Below are positions 42,854 through 53,635 of a DNA stretch of 64,000 bases, one piece after another. This stretch comes from Perkinsela sp. CCAP 1560/9 (taxonomy: Eukaryota > Protista > Euglenozoa: Kinetoplastea): positions 124,001-188,000 of the forward strand of contig CBFFSA010000005.1 of NCBI GenBank assembly GCA_965644495.1, written 5' to 3'. The notes under the pieces are model-generated. The model saw nothing but the letters and a program-made list of their open reading frames with translations, did not search any database and had not been told where the DNA came from. The translations under genes were made by a program, and so were the position numbers. Position 1 is the first letter of the stretch, and each line of letters opens with the position of its first letter.

Positions 42854-43528
42854 ATGTTTTCAAGTTTTTTATATATTCTTGTTTCCACTTCCGAATCAAC
42901 GCTCACATCTTCTCGTCGCGGTCGAGTTCGCGCACTTCACCCACCCGAATACAGTTTGTCACAGTTCCTTCTTGAAGTTAAAAATCCACACCCCTCATGG
43001 GACACACACACCTTCGCGTGTAGCTGGAGCGGTGTGGAGTGCAATGAAGGCAAACAAATCACATCTGTGCTATGGTATTCGCGAAATTTAAAAGGCACAC
43101 TGCATTGGCGACAATTATCTCATTTACGAATGAAGCATTTACGGCTTTATGATAACAAACTCGCGGGGGAGGTACTTCTTGACCAGCTCCCCGAGAATAT
43201 GACCGCCTTAGGCTTGTATCTGAACTCGTTTTCCGGTCCATTAGATTTGGTTCACCTGCCAGCCGGGATGGAAGTCATTGGGCTACAATATAATCAATTT
43301 TCCGGTTGGGTCGAGCTTTCTCACCTTCCACCTAGTTTGAACGACATTAGTCTCTTGAGCAATCAAAACCTGTGTGGGGAGCTTGACGTCTCGCATCTTC
43401 CCTATAAAGTGCAGTTCATCTGGGGGGCTAGTTTTGTTCACGGCACGCAGATTAAAGTGCTGCCCAGACATGCGACATATTTTCCAACGCTTCGCTACGT
43501 TTTTGACTCCGACGTGTGGCGATTTTAG
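42854..43528 (+). CDS. Leucine-rich repeat protein, paralogue of 33634
   Basis: CSWSGVECN cap, LP..M..L.L..N.FSG repeats and a hydrophobic N-terminus. Confidence 0.88.
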   Translation: MFSSFLYILVSTSESTLTSSRRGRVRALHPPEYSLSQFLLEVKNPHPSWDTHTFACSWSGVECNEGKQITSVLWYSRNLKGTLHWRQLSHLRMKHLRLYDNKLAGEVLLDQLPENMTALGLYLNSFSGPLDLVHLPAGMEVIGLQYNQFSGWVELSHLPPSLNDISLLSNQNLCGELDVSHLPYKVQFIWGASFVHGTQIKVLPRHATYFPTLRYVFDSDVWRF

Positions 43529-43798
43529 GTATGGAAAAAGCCTTCATATGTTTTAATCTTTTGTCGGTTCTTCGCGAAACGTGGTGGTTGTCTTCACTTA
43601 AGAAGCATGAACTAAAACTTGTAACTACTTCATTTCACGCTTCTAGCATTCTAGTAAAAATCTCATTTCCTTTATATTTCTACTATGATTTTCCATTTGT
43701 TGACTTCCTTCTATGATATTATTTTATTTCTAATTAGCGTTCTTTTCCTTGTTTTCTCTCCCACTACAAAACTCGCCAAGGACATCGTTGGCAAGATT

Positions 43799-44125
43799 AT
43801 GTCTGAAGGCCCATTGACACACAATGTTGAAGACAATTCGCTAAACAAAGATCCAACTACGGATCCCTCCAAGGTGCACATTCGAGTGCAGCAGCGTAAT
43901 GGACGCAAGTCTATCACTACAGTACAGGGACTGGGTGAGGAAATTGACTACCCAAAACTGCTGAAGGCACTGAAGAAAGAGTTTGGTTGCAATGGAACCA
44001 TTCTATCTGACGCAAGCTATGGTACAGTTCTTCAGTTGCAAGGTGACCAACGCGTAAATTTGGGTAAGTTCTTTGTTGAAAAGAAGATACTACTAGCTGA
44101 TGAAATGGAAACTCATGGATTTTAA
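43799..44125 (+). CDS. SUI1: Translation initiation factor eIF1
   Basis: VHIRVQQRNGRKSITTVQGL..LKKEFGCNG..LQLQGDQR..HGF. Confidence 0.96.
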   Translation: MSEGPLTHNVEDNSLNKDPTTDPSKVHIRVQQRNGRKSITTVQGLGEEIDYPKLLKALKKEFGCNGTILSDASYGTVLQLQGDQRVNLGKFFVEKKILLADEMETHGF

Positions 44126-44661
44126 TTGAAACGTTTGTTGAGGGTGTGGGAGTTTCGATTCACTTTTCTAGTGATACGATGGGATAATTTAGCCCCAGTA
44201 TCAACGCCAATGCATAGTTCATCATTGTAAACTGAGGTACCATAAAAGCTTTAAAAGGGAATGTGGCTACGTGAAAAATGTACTTGCTATAGCGATACTT
44301 TGGGCGAAACTTAACTATAACATGTATAGAAAATGTGAAATGAAGAGAAGATTGTTCTTCGGACCACCCTTTTTCCCAAAGTTGGTTTTTGCTTACCGAA
44401 AATCTATTTAAAAACCTTTTAATTTACATTCTATTCATCAGAAAGGAGAGTATGTAGTAGTTCTGTGTAAGTTCGTTTTTGTCCACAGCAGTCTGAATGC
44501 CGACTTCAAAGACGCATTGGTGTGCTGGTTGTAGTGAAGCAGTTTGTGCGTATCTAAATACTCAAAAAGTCGTTCTTTTCGGTCTATTCCACGCCAAGGG
44601 ACACCCATCCATCATGGTGAACACCTGAATGGTCTAGTATTTTGTATCATGTTTTCCGTTG

Positions 44662-45123
44662 TCAGACTTTGTGGACCTCTGCTGAAGACGGGAAGTCCAT
44701 CGACAGTGTAAGTACACGAGATTGTAGAAATTGTACTTCACTTTCTAGCGCAAGAAATCCGTCTTGTAACTGACTTACTTCACCTGCGATTTGCGATGCC
44801 GAGGCCTCCGTTAGGGAAACTATTCTCTTCCCTGGTGCACTTGTGATATCGCTTGAGCGCTCCGCATCTTTGGATAACAACAATCCCGTACCACGAAATT
44901 GAGGAGATCCGCAGGTGGCATACGTTTTTCAGCATATTTTACGCTTTTTTTCTGTCGCGCTCAGTCCCGCGAACTTCATGCCCACTATTTCCTTACGGGT
45001 CAATGGTATCAGTAAGATTTCTTGGCGCATCCATTTACGAAGCCGATCATAGGTGTCCGAGGCAGGATTTCCGTAGACGTCTTAGACGTAAACATTTTCA
45101 TTGCGGGGCAAGTCGTGTTCCAT
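44662..45123 (-). pseudogene. Decayed antisense ORF (154 codons, 2 internal stops), probably TE-derived
   Basis: One frame reads MEHDLPRNENVYV*DVYG..RLRKWMRQE..KIC*KTY..EVSQLQDGFLALESEVQFLQ, which is coiled-coil-like. Confidence 0.4.
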
Positions 45124-45475
45124 TAAAAAAAAGAGATTTGACTGGTTTTCAGGCAATTCTGTTTCATCCTGAAAAATATTCAGGATAAAGGAAAAGAATA
45201 AGTCCAAAAAATAGCAGCCCGTATGAATTCGTGTAGATTCGTGTAGGTTCGTGTAGATGTTCTTTGAACCCGAAGTTACTCCATCAAAAGACTCTCCAAC
45301 GACTTTTCTCTGTTTTATATCTTTGCGTCACTTGTATTCTATTCTGTACCATATAACTTATGCATGTAACGCTATACACCACATTATTCCTTCTGTTTCC
45401 CTCTTAAAAACTAACTTTCTTCCACACCCTCAACACTCTATCCCTAAACCTTCTTCCCTTCCTCTCCCCACCCCC

Positions 45476-46447
45476 ATGAGCGGTGCCCTCCACAGCGGCC
45501 ACGGCACCTGGGGTCCCCGTGGGTCCCAAAGCCTCGAGGGCGCGCTCCGTCGCACCTCCTCCTGGCACCCCACCCGCCGGTACGACCGCCACACCCTACG
45601 CCACCCCCTCCCGAACTACCTCATGTGGCGCGGGAACCACTCCAAGTACCGCTACCAGGCCTACCAAACCGCCCACTGGGGCGAGGGGGAGGCCCAGCGG
45701 GAGTACCACCAGCACTACGCCCACGCCAAGGACCCCAGCGACAGTGACACCCCCCACGAGTGTCAGTTCCTCCGCAAGGTGCGTGCGGTCCCCGTAACCC
45801 TCCCCCTCCCCAGGCCTCAAATCCCCCCCAACTCCACCCCGAAATGGTTTTGGAAGTCCTGGCACATGCCCTACACCTCGGTGGAGCTGTGGCGACGGGA
45901 GCTGGAGTACCCCGAGCACGTGCCGACCCATTTGGGGACAAACTACACCCGACCGCTGGGGGTACTCGCCCCCCAGGTCAAGTACAACCATATCCAGTCG
46001 CAGTACATGCGACGGCTGACAATTACGATCTGCCCGTTTGTGTTTGGGTATGGCAATACGTTGCAAAAATTGGTCACGGATTTCTATCGGGTGTGTTTGT
46101 CCGTGCGGAACCATGTGGATCGGAAGATTTTGCAGTTGGATTACGCGTTAAAGCATACGTTGCCGGTGGTGGAGATTGAGTGGCTGGATGGGTCGGTGTA
46201 TCGTCCGCCGTTGTATGAGGGGATGACGCCGCAGGCACTGGTGCAGGTCGTGATGGAGGAATCGTTTCTGGCCTCGGATCGACTTGCGGCACAATCGGTG
46301 AAGATTCCTGATACGACGTATCCGGATTTAGCAAGGTGGGAGACGATTCTGGAGTATAAAATGTCGAAGAAGGCGAAGCTGCGGCTCAGCCAGGAGGCAA
46401 CGGAGATTAAGGATGCTCACCAGGCATCGATTAGTAGCAAGAAGTAA
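45476..46447 (+). CDS. Probable mitoribosomal protein, mL53-like
   Basis: MRRLTITICPF...PVVEIEWLDG resembles the mL53 fold, with a basic, aromatic-rich N-terminal extension. ATG at 45476. Confidence 0.6.
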   Translation: MSGALHSGHGTWGPRGSQSLEGALRRTSSWHPTRRYDRHTLRHPLPNYLMWRGNHSKYRYQAYQTAHWGEGEAQREYHQHYAHAKDPSDSDTPHECQFLRKVRAVPVTLPLPRPQIPPNSTPKWFWKSWHMPYTSVELWRRELEYPEHVPTHLGTNYTRPLGVLAPQVKYNHIQSQYMRRLTITICPFVFGYGNTLQKLVTDFYRVCLSVRNHVDRKILQLDYALKHTLPVVEIEWLDGSVYRPPLYEGMTPQALVQVVMEESFLASDRLAAQSVKIPDTTYPDLARWETILEYKMSKKAKLRLSQEATEIKDAHQASISSKK

Positions 46448-46581
46448 GGGGGGGTTAAAAACTAGTGGATTTCTGTGTATACATTTTGTATTGAAACGTT
46501 TTCAAATGAGTTCAAGCGATCCAATACAACAATAATTGGTCAAAGTGAAGCATTATTTCACACATTTTTTTAAAACATTTA

Positions 46582-46749
46582 CTATCCCCCCCTATCCTAG
46601 CGTTGCCTCAGTACCCCCCCTCCTTAGCGTTGCTTTTTAGACTGTCTCTTCAAGACTCTCTTGCCGCGAAGCGGCGATTTTTTTTTTGACCCCCCCTCCT
46701 AGCGTTGCTTTTTCTCAAAGCCAAGCAACGCTAGGATAGGGGGGGATAG
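46582..46749. mobile_element. 168-bp TA-flanked MITE with perfect 25-bp TIR
   Basis: ctatccccccctatcctagcgttgc and its exact reverse complement, plus two internal cccccctcc(t)tagcgttgcttttt copies. Confidence 0.92.
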
Positions 46750-46994
46750 TATTATCGCCCTATTTTGGCAAAAAAGAAAAAATTAACTCTGTTGCCCTTG
46801 CTCTAGAACGATTTCTTTGAAGGGCTAAAACAGGCGACGGAGGGCATAATCTTCATGTTTTCCTCTCTTTAGCTTACTTTTCACAATTTCTGCGCCGAAC
46901 TTCAGCCGATTATCTCGCGCTTCTTTCCCACTATCAAGCGCACCCTCACCGCGAAAAAAGTACAGCTGTATGTAAACCATGACATAAAAAAGAG

Positions 46995-47160
46995 TTTTTC
47001 AAAATCGTTTCACATATTGTGTTTTGAGAGTTTGGGACCTTTACTAGCTTTCTACGCCGTTGTTTTCACAAAATACTCCTTCTTGAAGCTGTGGCACGCC
47101 TCCCAAAGTGACCCCCCCAAAAATGGGTGTCCAGGCAAAACCTGACAGGTTTCAACCCTC
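46995..47160 (-). mobile_element. Solo, diverged left end of family A in reverse orientation
   Basis: The reverse complement matches 27259-27453 and is followed by TAA. Confidence 0.8.
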
Positions 47161-47389
47161 TAAGTGGGGGGGGTACCCCGCGGCACTATACATGTATGAT
47201 AAGGCAACATTTAGAACACATAAAAAAATTAACGAAAAAAAATATTTTTTATGTGAAATAATGCTTCACTTTCACCCAATAATTTATACGCTAGAGAATT
47301 GAGTTGAGAAATTATCACTGACCTCCCCTAATTGTACTACCAATTGTATGTACATGTAAGATGAGAATCGTTTTATCTATTTTTTCGAC

Positions 47390-48061
47390 ATGTATTGGGC
47401 TATTCGTGTACATCATGAGGACCTATGCAAAGCCATGGAAAGCGAGAGAATTCTTTGTTCTGTTAGAAAGGGGGAAAATGGGGAAATCGTATCCGAAGAT
47501 AGTCACAACACGCACCGCTTTGGAACTGACCTGGGCTCCGTTAATGCGACGTTCCCCAAAAACACGACTATCTCTCCGAAGGAATCGAATAGTCATGGCT
47601 TTAATCGCTCGATGTTTAAGGAGAACTGCTCCGACAACTGGCACTTAAAAGATGAATTTCACGTGACACTAATCTATCGAGGCAGTCAGCCTTGGAGCGG
47701 CCTGTTAAGCCCCTCAGAAATACATCACTTGAAGTGGCTGGAGGATCAGAAAGAACCGATTTCGCTGAAAATTCATTCTTTGGTTTATGACAAGCATTGC
47801 TGTGCCCTCCGAGTTAAAATCTCTCATGAAGGAGCAAGCAGTTTGTGTCGCAAACCCGTGCCCCACATTACTCTGGCGCTAGATTCGCATACTTGTCCCG
47901 CGTACTCGAATGACATGCTTAAAATGTTAAACGAACGGACGAATCGTTTTCGATCTTCACGGGGTAGGGGAAGGTCTCATACGCAACCCGCGTCTCGTCC
48001 GCACGTACTGGTGTTCAAGAATGCACCTGTATGTGAGGGCTACATTGTGCTATCTTCTTAA
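47390..48061 (+). CDS. Stand-alone 2H cyclic phosphodiesterase, like the CPD domain of tRNA ligase Trl1
   Basis: DEFHVTL...VPHITLA...PAYSNDML. Confidence 0.7.
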   Translation: MYWAIRVHHEDLCKAMESERILCSVRKGENGEIVSEDSHNTHRFGTDLGSVNATFPKNTTISPKESNSHGFNRSMFKENCSDNWHLKDEFHVTLIYRGSQPWSGLLSPSEIHHLKWLEDQKEPISLKIHSLVYDKHCCALRVKISHEGASSLCRKPVPHITLALDSHTCPAYSNDMLKMLNERTNRFRSSRGRGRSHTQPASRPHVLVFKNAPVCEGYIVLSS

Positions 48062-48608
48062 TTAAGTGCCCTGTTGTTGGTGTGGTGTCATCAGATAAAG
48101 TGAATGGGTGAGAGGTTTTGCACCATGCCACGCAAAGCTGAATACATAGATATGAATAGAGAACAATATCTACTGTGACATTAGAACTATATGTTAAAAG
48201 TATACTTGCCCGTATTTGAAGTAGACATGTATTTTAGGACTGCTCTATTACGTATGACGTACGTGTAGTTAAGCCTTATCACTGTTCTCTTGCCTGGGCC
48301 TACACTCTAATTAGTGTAGTTCCCCTTTACCGATCCCACCCCTTGACTCCTAATCTAAAGGTCTGGTGATTTATAACGTACCGGCATCTCGATTAATATT
48401 TTCATGGGGCAAGTTCTTTAACTGAAAAGAGCAATCGGAGGCCGCATACCATTTATTACTTTCCATTTTATTACTTTCCAAAATTTTACAAATCTTAGAC
48501 CCCACCCCCCTGATTTAGCTGATACCCCCGGTGCAACTCTTTTATTATGTCTCTATTAAAGATAAGCACCCATATAGCATTCACTAATTCTTGTATGCGA
48601 ATCCAGAT

Positions 48609-49151
48609 ATGAGTCTGCTATCCGCTGTTCTTCACGAACTTCGCATTGCAGCGAAGTATTATAATTTTCGAATTCGAAGCACTGTTGCAAGATCTCATTC
48701 GTTTCTGCGCGGTGCTCCACAGACCGAGCGACACTCCATATTTCAGAAGAATCTTCAGAAACTCCAAGAACAAGATGCCCGATACGCATTTCATAAGGAG
48801 CGTGCTATGTGTTGGAAGGAGTGGTTTCAGCATAAGTACATGACATTATTCTCTCAAAAATCCGCTCAAATGGCCCTACTTCAGAACTGTGCCAATGCGC
48901 ATGCAGCTGAAATAGCAACCGAACTTGGCATAGATGTGCACTCGCTGCACATCTCTTACGAAACCGAGGAAGCAACATCGAAGAGCGCAATAAAAAATGA
49001 ACAAAGAGTTAAGGCTGGATCCCGTGTTGTGGCATACATCGAGGCGCCAAATGCGAATGATGAGCAACTTGAAGTTCTGGAAAAGCGGATACGCAAAGAG
49101 TGTCCTGTGGCCAGAAGTATTTCACAATCTTTGGAATTCAGGAGAAAGTAA
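48609..49151 (+). CDS. OsmC/Ohr-like protein
   Basis: LQNCANAH..LGIDVHSLHI..IRKECPVARSI two-Cys pattern, with a presequence-like N-terminus. Confidence 0.7.
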   Translation: MSLLSAVLHELRIAAKYYNFRIRSTVARSHSFLRGAPQTERHSIFQKNLQKLQEQDARYAFHKERAMCWKEWFQHKYMTLFSQKSAQMALLQNCANAHAAEIATELGIDVHSLHISYETEEATSKSAIKNEQRVKAGSRVVAYIEAPNANDEQLEVLEKRIRKECPVARSISQSLEFRRK

Positions 49152-49436
49152 CTCGTGTCTGAATCTTCGATACTCTACAGCGATACTCTCCCACACGATG
49201 GGCCTAAGTGCTTGGGGACGTGCGAACTAACGGTAGTGTAAACACCACTAAAGCTATATTAGGTCAACTTTCGCACGAACGTAAATTGGAGTTCTCAAAC
49301 TCTTCTCCCAAAATCTTTCCTTCTTCATTGTGCACTATAAACCAATAATAGCAATACTATAAATGCTGTCTTATAATACATATCATATTCACTAAAACAA
49401 AATTATTTTCTTTGTACTTTATCCCGCTTTTAAAAG

Positions 49437-49592
49437 ATGTCAGATAAGGAATCTGCTCCTAAATATGGCGACGAAGAATACGACTACGCGGCCGCCGAAG
49501 GCATTCCAGAAGATGTTCAGAAAGGTGGTAAAAATAAGAGTAAAACATCAAGCCAAAGCCATCCTCATTCTAGCCGTGGAGTAAACGTATAG
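49437..49592 (+). CDS. Small 51-aa protein below the ORF-track cutoff
   Basis: MSDKESAPKYGDEEYDYAAAEGIPEDVQKGGKNKSKTSSQSHPHSSRGVNV, preceded by a pyrimidine tract and AG. Confidence 0.6.
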   Translation: MSDKESAPKYGDEEYDYAAAEGIPEDVQKGGKNKSKTSSQSHPHSSRGVNV

Positions 49593-50018
49593 TTTTGATC
49601 ATTGCTGATGTGTTGCTGCGATAAAAATTAGATTTAAACATGCTCATAGCACCCTGGAAAGGGAAGCGATTTCACTATGTTAGATACACTTCAACTGTGC
49701 ATATATCAAATACATCATGTGAATAATTACAACTACTGTAGAAAACTGTTCAGCCACTATGAATATTACTGAAGATTTGCTTTGTTTCATCTCTCGAATT
49801 ATTTTTTCTTATTAGTGCATGTCTATTGCTTCAAAAAGCTCCTGAACGCACGCTGGGAGGAATGTACTACATTCCTTTCAAAATTTAGTTTAAAATCCAT
49901 TAATTTTATGACTCATTTATCAGATAAGCATTCTTGAAAAAAGCTGTTTTCTCAGGATGGTAGAACCAAGAAAATATCACGATTTTCATCTCGATTTTCT
50001 TCTTCGCAAGTAGCTATC

Positions 50019-50561
50019 ATGTCCACTGCCACCAATCCCAACTCCGACACAACCTCACGACGCCCTCGACTGGACCCATCATTCGGTATCTATGTCGGAA
50101 ACATTGAAATCTGGGTAGATGAGGACCAACTGCGTACCCTATTTAGCGCCGCGGGTACTGTACACCACATCCAACTCCTGGGTCCCCCAGGAGGGACATA
50201 TCGGTACGGCTTTGTGGATTTCGCTACCCCTGCAGAGCAGCAGCGAGCGATACAAATGTTCCAAGGTCATCTGCTCGGCAACCGAGCCCTTAAGGTGAGT
50301 GAGAGTCGGGGTACCTCCACGAGACCGCGTGCGGAAGGCGTAGGATCCTCTTACTCTGCTCGTCCTTCAGATACCTCAGCGTACGGCTCCGACCCCATAA
50401 CACAGCAAGCACGGATGTTGCCTCATCCCGGCCAAAAAGAGGTGTGCAATTGGAGCAATTTCCCCACACAATTACTCAAGGAACTCTCTAGGCAACAGTA
50501 CTATGCAGCCCTGGAGTTAGAACACGCGAAACTGGTCCTGCAACAACGCCATGCAAGATAA
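50019..50561 (+). CDS. Single-RRM RNA-binding protein
   Basis: RNP2 IYVGNI and RNP1 RYGFVDF. Confidence 0.92.
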   Translation: MSTATNPNSDTTSRRPRLDPSFGIYVGNIEIWVDEDQLRTLFSAAGTVHHIQLLGPPGGTYRYGFVDFATPAEQQRAIQMFQGHLLGNRALKVSESRGTSTRPRAEGVGSSYSARPSDTSAYGSDPITQQARMLPHPGQKEVCNWSNFPTQLLKELSRQQYYAALELEHAKLVLQQRHAR

Positions 50562-50765
50562 AAGAGGGTTCATATTTATCTTATAGGGATATTAAATAAG
50601 CATACGTATGTCACATGTTTAGGTTGCGGTCTGGTACAAAAAACATTTCTATTCTTTGGCGTAAGAAACTAGCGCTTATAACGTACATAAAAAAGTATCA
50701 AAAACTAGGCTACGTTTTATCTTGACTGAAAGACGCACCTAAAAAATACTAACAATTCACCACCT

Positions 50766-52124
50766 ATGACGAAATTTTTTACAGGAATGCTGCAATGGGA
50801 AGATACACCCATGCTTACGGAACTTTCACAAAATTCTTTTACTGCACGATTGCCGGAAGACATTTCGACGGTTGCTAGAAATATTGACGTTGACCGAATT
50901 GAATATGTGGAACTTGCACCGCAGCCGGAGGCCTCATGGTTTTACGTAGGATTGACTGATCGAACGATATTGTGTCTCACAGCTAGTGATGTCTTGAAGG
51001 CACGAGCATGGGTTTCCCAAATTAATAGTGCACTTCGTGCGCAAAGAATTGAATCGCATGAGGAGTCTGTGAAGGAAACAAATGTCTCAAAACCTTTTCC
51101 ATCTTATGAGGAACACGTCCCTGTCTCCCCAAAGTCAGAGTTTAATGAAACTGCGCCGCATCGTGAGGTCAGCTTAGGTTCAAAAGGTGCCGGTCATGTC
51201 ACAGTCTTCAATCATTCGTCCAAGAGGAGTGATGACGGAGTTAGAGACCGTACGAAATCAATCGCTAATGCTCACAAGGTTAATCTACGCACCGAGAGGG
51301 CACGAATTTATGAACGGCTTACAGCCATGCCCGATAATATTTTTGAAAAAGAAAGCGAAACTCAGTCGAATATCACCCGGGCTTCCGAAAAGCTCTACAT
51401 ACAGGCACCTAAGCGCACACCGCAACCCGCTGGGAATATCAACCCAATGCCCCTAGGCTCTCGATATTCGTCTCGTTTCATTTCTTCACTTCGGTATACT
51501 CATCCACCGACTTTTCGGAGTGGAATGCATTACACTTCCAACACATCATTGACACCTGTAAGTTTGGACGGCATGTCGTCCTCTTCCTGGGCACGCCCTG
51601 TTGGCCCCTCCAATGCAACCGTGCAACAACTTAGTGAAATTCATCCTCCATCTGAGGACACTCTTTTGAGGCGTGAGATAAAGCCGATACAGACCTTAAC
51701 TGCACCATGGGAACATGATGTTGATCGTTCATTAACTCTAGAACATGCCTTTGAAACGTTATCTCGGGGACGATTCTTCATAAAGTACTCATTTCGCACT
51801 TTAGCGCAATCTTATCGGTATATTTACGTCAACGCGGATAGAAAATGTATCTGTCTTTTGTCTTCGAGGTACCTGCGCGAACGTGGCAGAGGCGGGTACA
51901 AAGGAGAAATACCTCTTACACAAGTGACGCATGCGATCGCACTCAGCAATACCACACTCTGCAGTCACGTAAAAAGCTCCGGTCGTAATGCCAAGCTACA
52001 CTGCTGTTTTGTTCTGATGGGGAAAAGAAATGCTTTGATATTAGAGGCGGATGAATCTATCCCAGTATCGAGCTGGGTAGGCATGTGGAACACGTATCTT
52101 TCGCAGAGCATCGCTCATCGCTAA
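50766..52124 (+). CDS. Protein with PH-like domains at both termini
   Basis: LCLTASDVLKARAWVSQINSAL and LILEADE..SSWVGMWN resemble PH terminal helices. Confidence 0.7.
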   Translation: MTKFFTGMLQWEDTPMLTELSQNSFTARLPEDISTVARNIDVDRIEYVELAPQPEASWFYVGLTDRTILCLTASDVLKARAWVSQINSALRAQRIESHEESVKETNVSKPFPSYEEHVPVSPKSEFNETAPHREVSLGSKGAGHVTVFNHSSKRSDDGVRDRTKSIANAHKVNLRTERARIYERLTAMPDNIFEKESETQSNITRASEKLYIQAPKRTPQPAGNINPMPLGSRYSSRFISSLRYTHPPTFRSGMHYTSNTSLTPVSLDGMSSSSWARPVGPSNATVQQLSEIHPPSEDTLLRREIKPIQTLTAPWEHDVDRSLTLEHAFETLSRGRFFIKYSFRTLAQSYRYIYVNADRKCICLLSSRYLRERGRGGYKGEIPLTQVTHAIALSNTTLCSHVKSSGRNAKLHCCFVLMGKRNALILEADESIPVSSWVGMWNTYLSQSIAHR

Positions 52125-52417
52125 TGCTTGGTGCCATTTACAATATGTACATAATCTGTAAGTGCAACTAATAAACCCCCCACAGCGAATAAGTCACCCC
52201 CCTCTTTTTTTTGTACAACGAGGCCTAGGGGGGTTGCTGCACCACTTTTTCGTTCAAAATTTTGAGATCTGCACGTTCCCCCTGTTTTTAGACCTCTTCA
52301 CATATCAAATTAAAACTCATTTTTTTTAAAGACGTTTTTACACAGTCATGCCAATATTACCCGAAAAATCTCATGTTCCTCGACCAGGGGGGGAGAAGGG
52401 GGTCAACATGAAAATGG

Positions 52418-53635
52418 GGCTAAACTGAAGCAAAATTCGGTTTTTTCGTTTTTTTAATAAATGTGTTCAAAAATTGCTCAAAAAATGTTGAAAAACTTAA
52501 ACTCACAACTTTAGACTTAAAAAGCGGACACTATACGTATACGCAAGCGCAATGCTCTTTTAAATTTTCAAGCATGCGCAACAAAGCATCCCCCCCATTA
52601 CACTTCAAACTTCCGCTTCCCTGCTCTGCGTAGGCCTGCACCCGATCATCTCTCCGGGCGGCTTTCCGGCCCCACCTTCACGCTTTGAACGCTTCTTGAC
52701 GATTGAGTTTGCACACTCCACAGTGTTTGTGTGCACACCTTCCTCTGTGATCCACTGTCGATGGTGGTTGACGCTTTCCCACTTTGTAGTCTGCCCGAGA
52801 CGAATATTGTGACGAGAGCCGTCTGTCCAAATTCTGGTACGTTCTCCTGCGGCTAGTTCTGTAATTCCGGGGACAAGAGAACCAGCAGTGCGATCTGGTA
52901 CTACTTGCATTAAAATTTCGGATAACTTGTTGTTTCGAGTCGTCACCGCAACCGTTTGGGCTACTTGCGTACCTTCTGCGCGCACGCGCCTCGAACCGTG
53001 ACTACCTCGGTGACGTTTCCGAACCGAGAAAAAAGTTTCATCACACTGCATCGAGTGGACGCTCCCTCTTTGTCGGGCGCGTCGACGCACATGACAAGTT
53101 GCCATGATGGAATCAATCCACTGACGTAGTGATATAATTGTTTTCTCACTGAGCTCCGTCTCTGCAACAGACATCTCATGTCTATTCCCCCGAACGTAAA
53201 GTACAATGTACTTCAGTGTTTGTTTAGCGCTTCGCTGCGCCCTGCCCGGCAACAGTGGACCCGTCTTCTCATATATCCCTTTGCAAGACTTCGTGCACTT
53301 CCATTTTTCACCATTCATTTCCATAGTGTGGTCACTCGTGTGATTTCGCTTGCAACATATGACCTTTTGTGCCACCAACTTATGATCTCGTAGCCACTCC
53401 ACACACTGCTTTTCAGTCCAAGTTGCAATCTTACTTATTGTCAGCTTTCGCCGACAAGAAAACCCAACACACCCCGTGCAAGGCATGGAAAGATTGACCA
53501 AGTAACTGAAAATGGCGAAAAGAATAGCGAAAAACTCAAGAAAATATGAATACGATCTCTGGAGAAGTATTTTCTACAATCAGAGAATTTGATAGACAAA
53601 AGCTGAAAAAAACCGAATTTTGCTTCGGTTTCACC
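52418..53635 (-). mobile_element. Near full-length Merlin (IS1595-like) DNA transposon, 1218 bp
   Basis: TIR gg(ct/tg)aaac(t/c)gaagcaaaattcggtttttt, 8-bp TSD gaaaatgg (52410-17 and 53636-43), and a transposase ORF inside. Confidence 0.95.
52605..53486 (-). CDS. Merlin/IS1595 DDE transposase with a probable frameshift near the C-terminus
   Basis: N-terminal Cys-rich region, QCDETFF, VPDRTAGSL, IWTDG and SVNH..GVHTNTVE. An alternative frame below about 52670 continues ..GGDALLRMLENLKEH. Confidence 0.9.
   Translation of the reverse strand: MPCTGCVGFSCRRKLTISKIATWTEKQCVEWLRDHKLVAQKVICCKRNHTSDHTMEMNGEKWKCTKSCKGIYEKTGPLLPGRAQRSAKQTLKYIVLYVRGNRHEMSVAETELSEKTIISLRQWIDSIMATCHVRRRARQRGSVHSMQCDETFFSVRKRHRGSHGSRRVRAEGTQVAQTVAVTTRNNKLSEILMQVVPDRTAGSLVPGITELAAGERTRIWTDGSRHNIRLGQTTKWESVNHHRQWITEEGVHTNTVECANSIVKKRSKREGGAGKPPGEMIGCRPTQSREAEV

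Noticed and set aside
43685-43798. Hydrophobic N-terminal extension on eIF1 (also on GAR1, AlaX and the 45257 ORF)
   Set aside because: These look like translated pyrimidine-rich splice-acceptor regions. Downstream ATGs fit the expected protein starts better.
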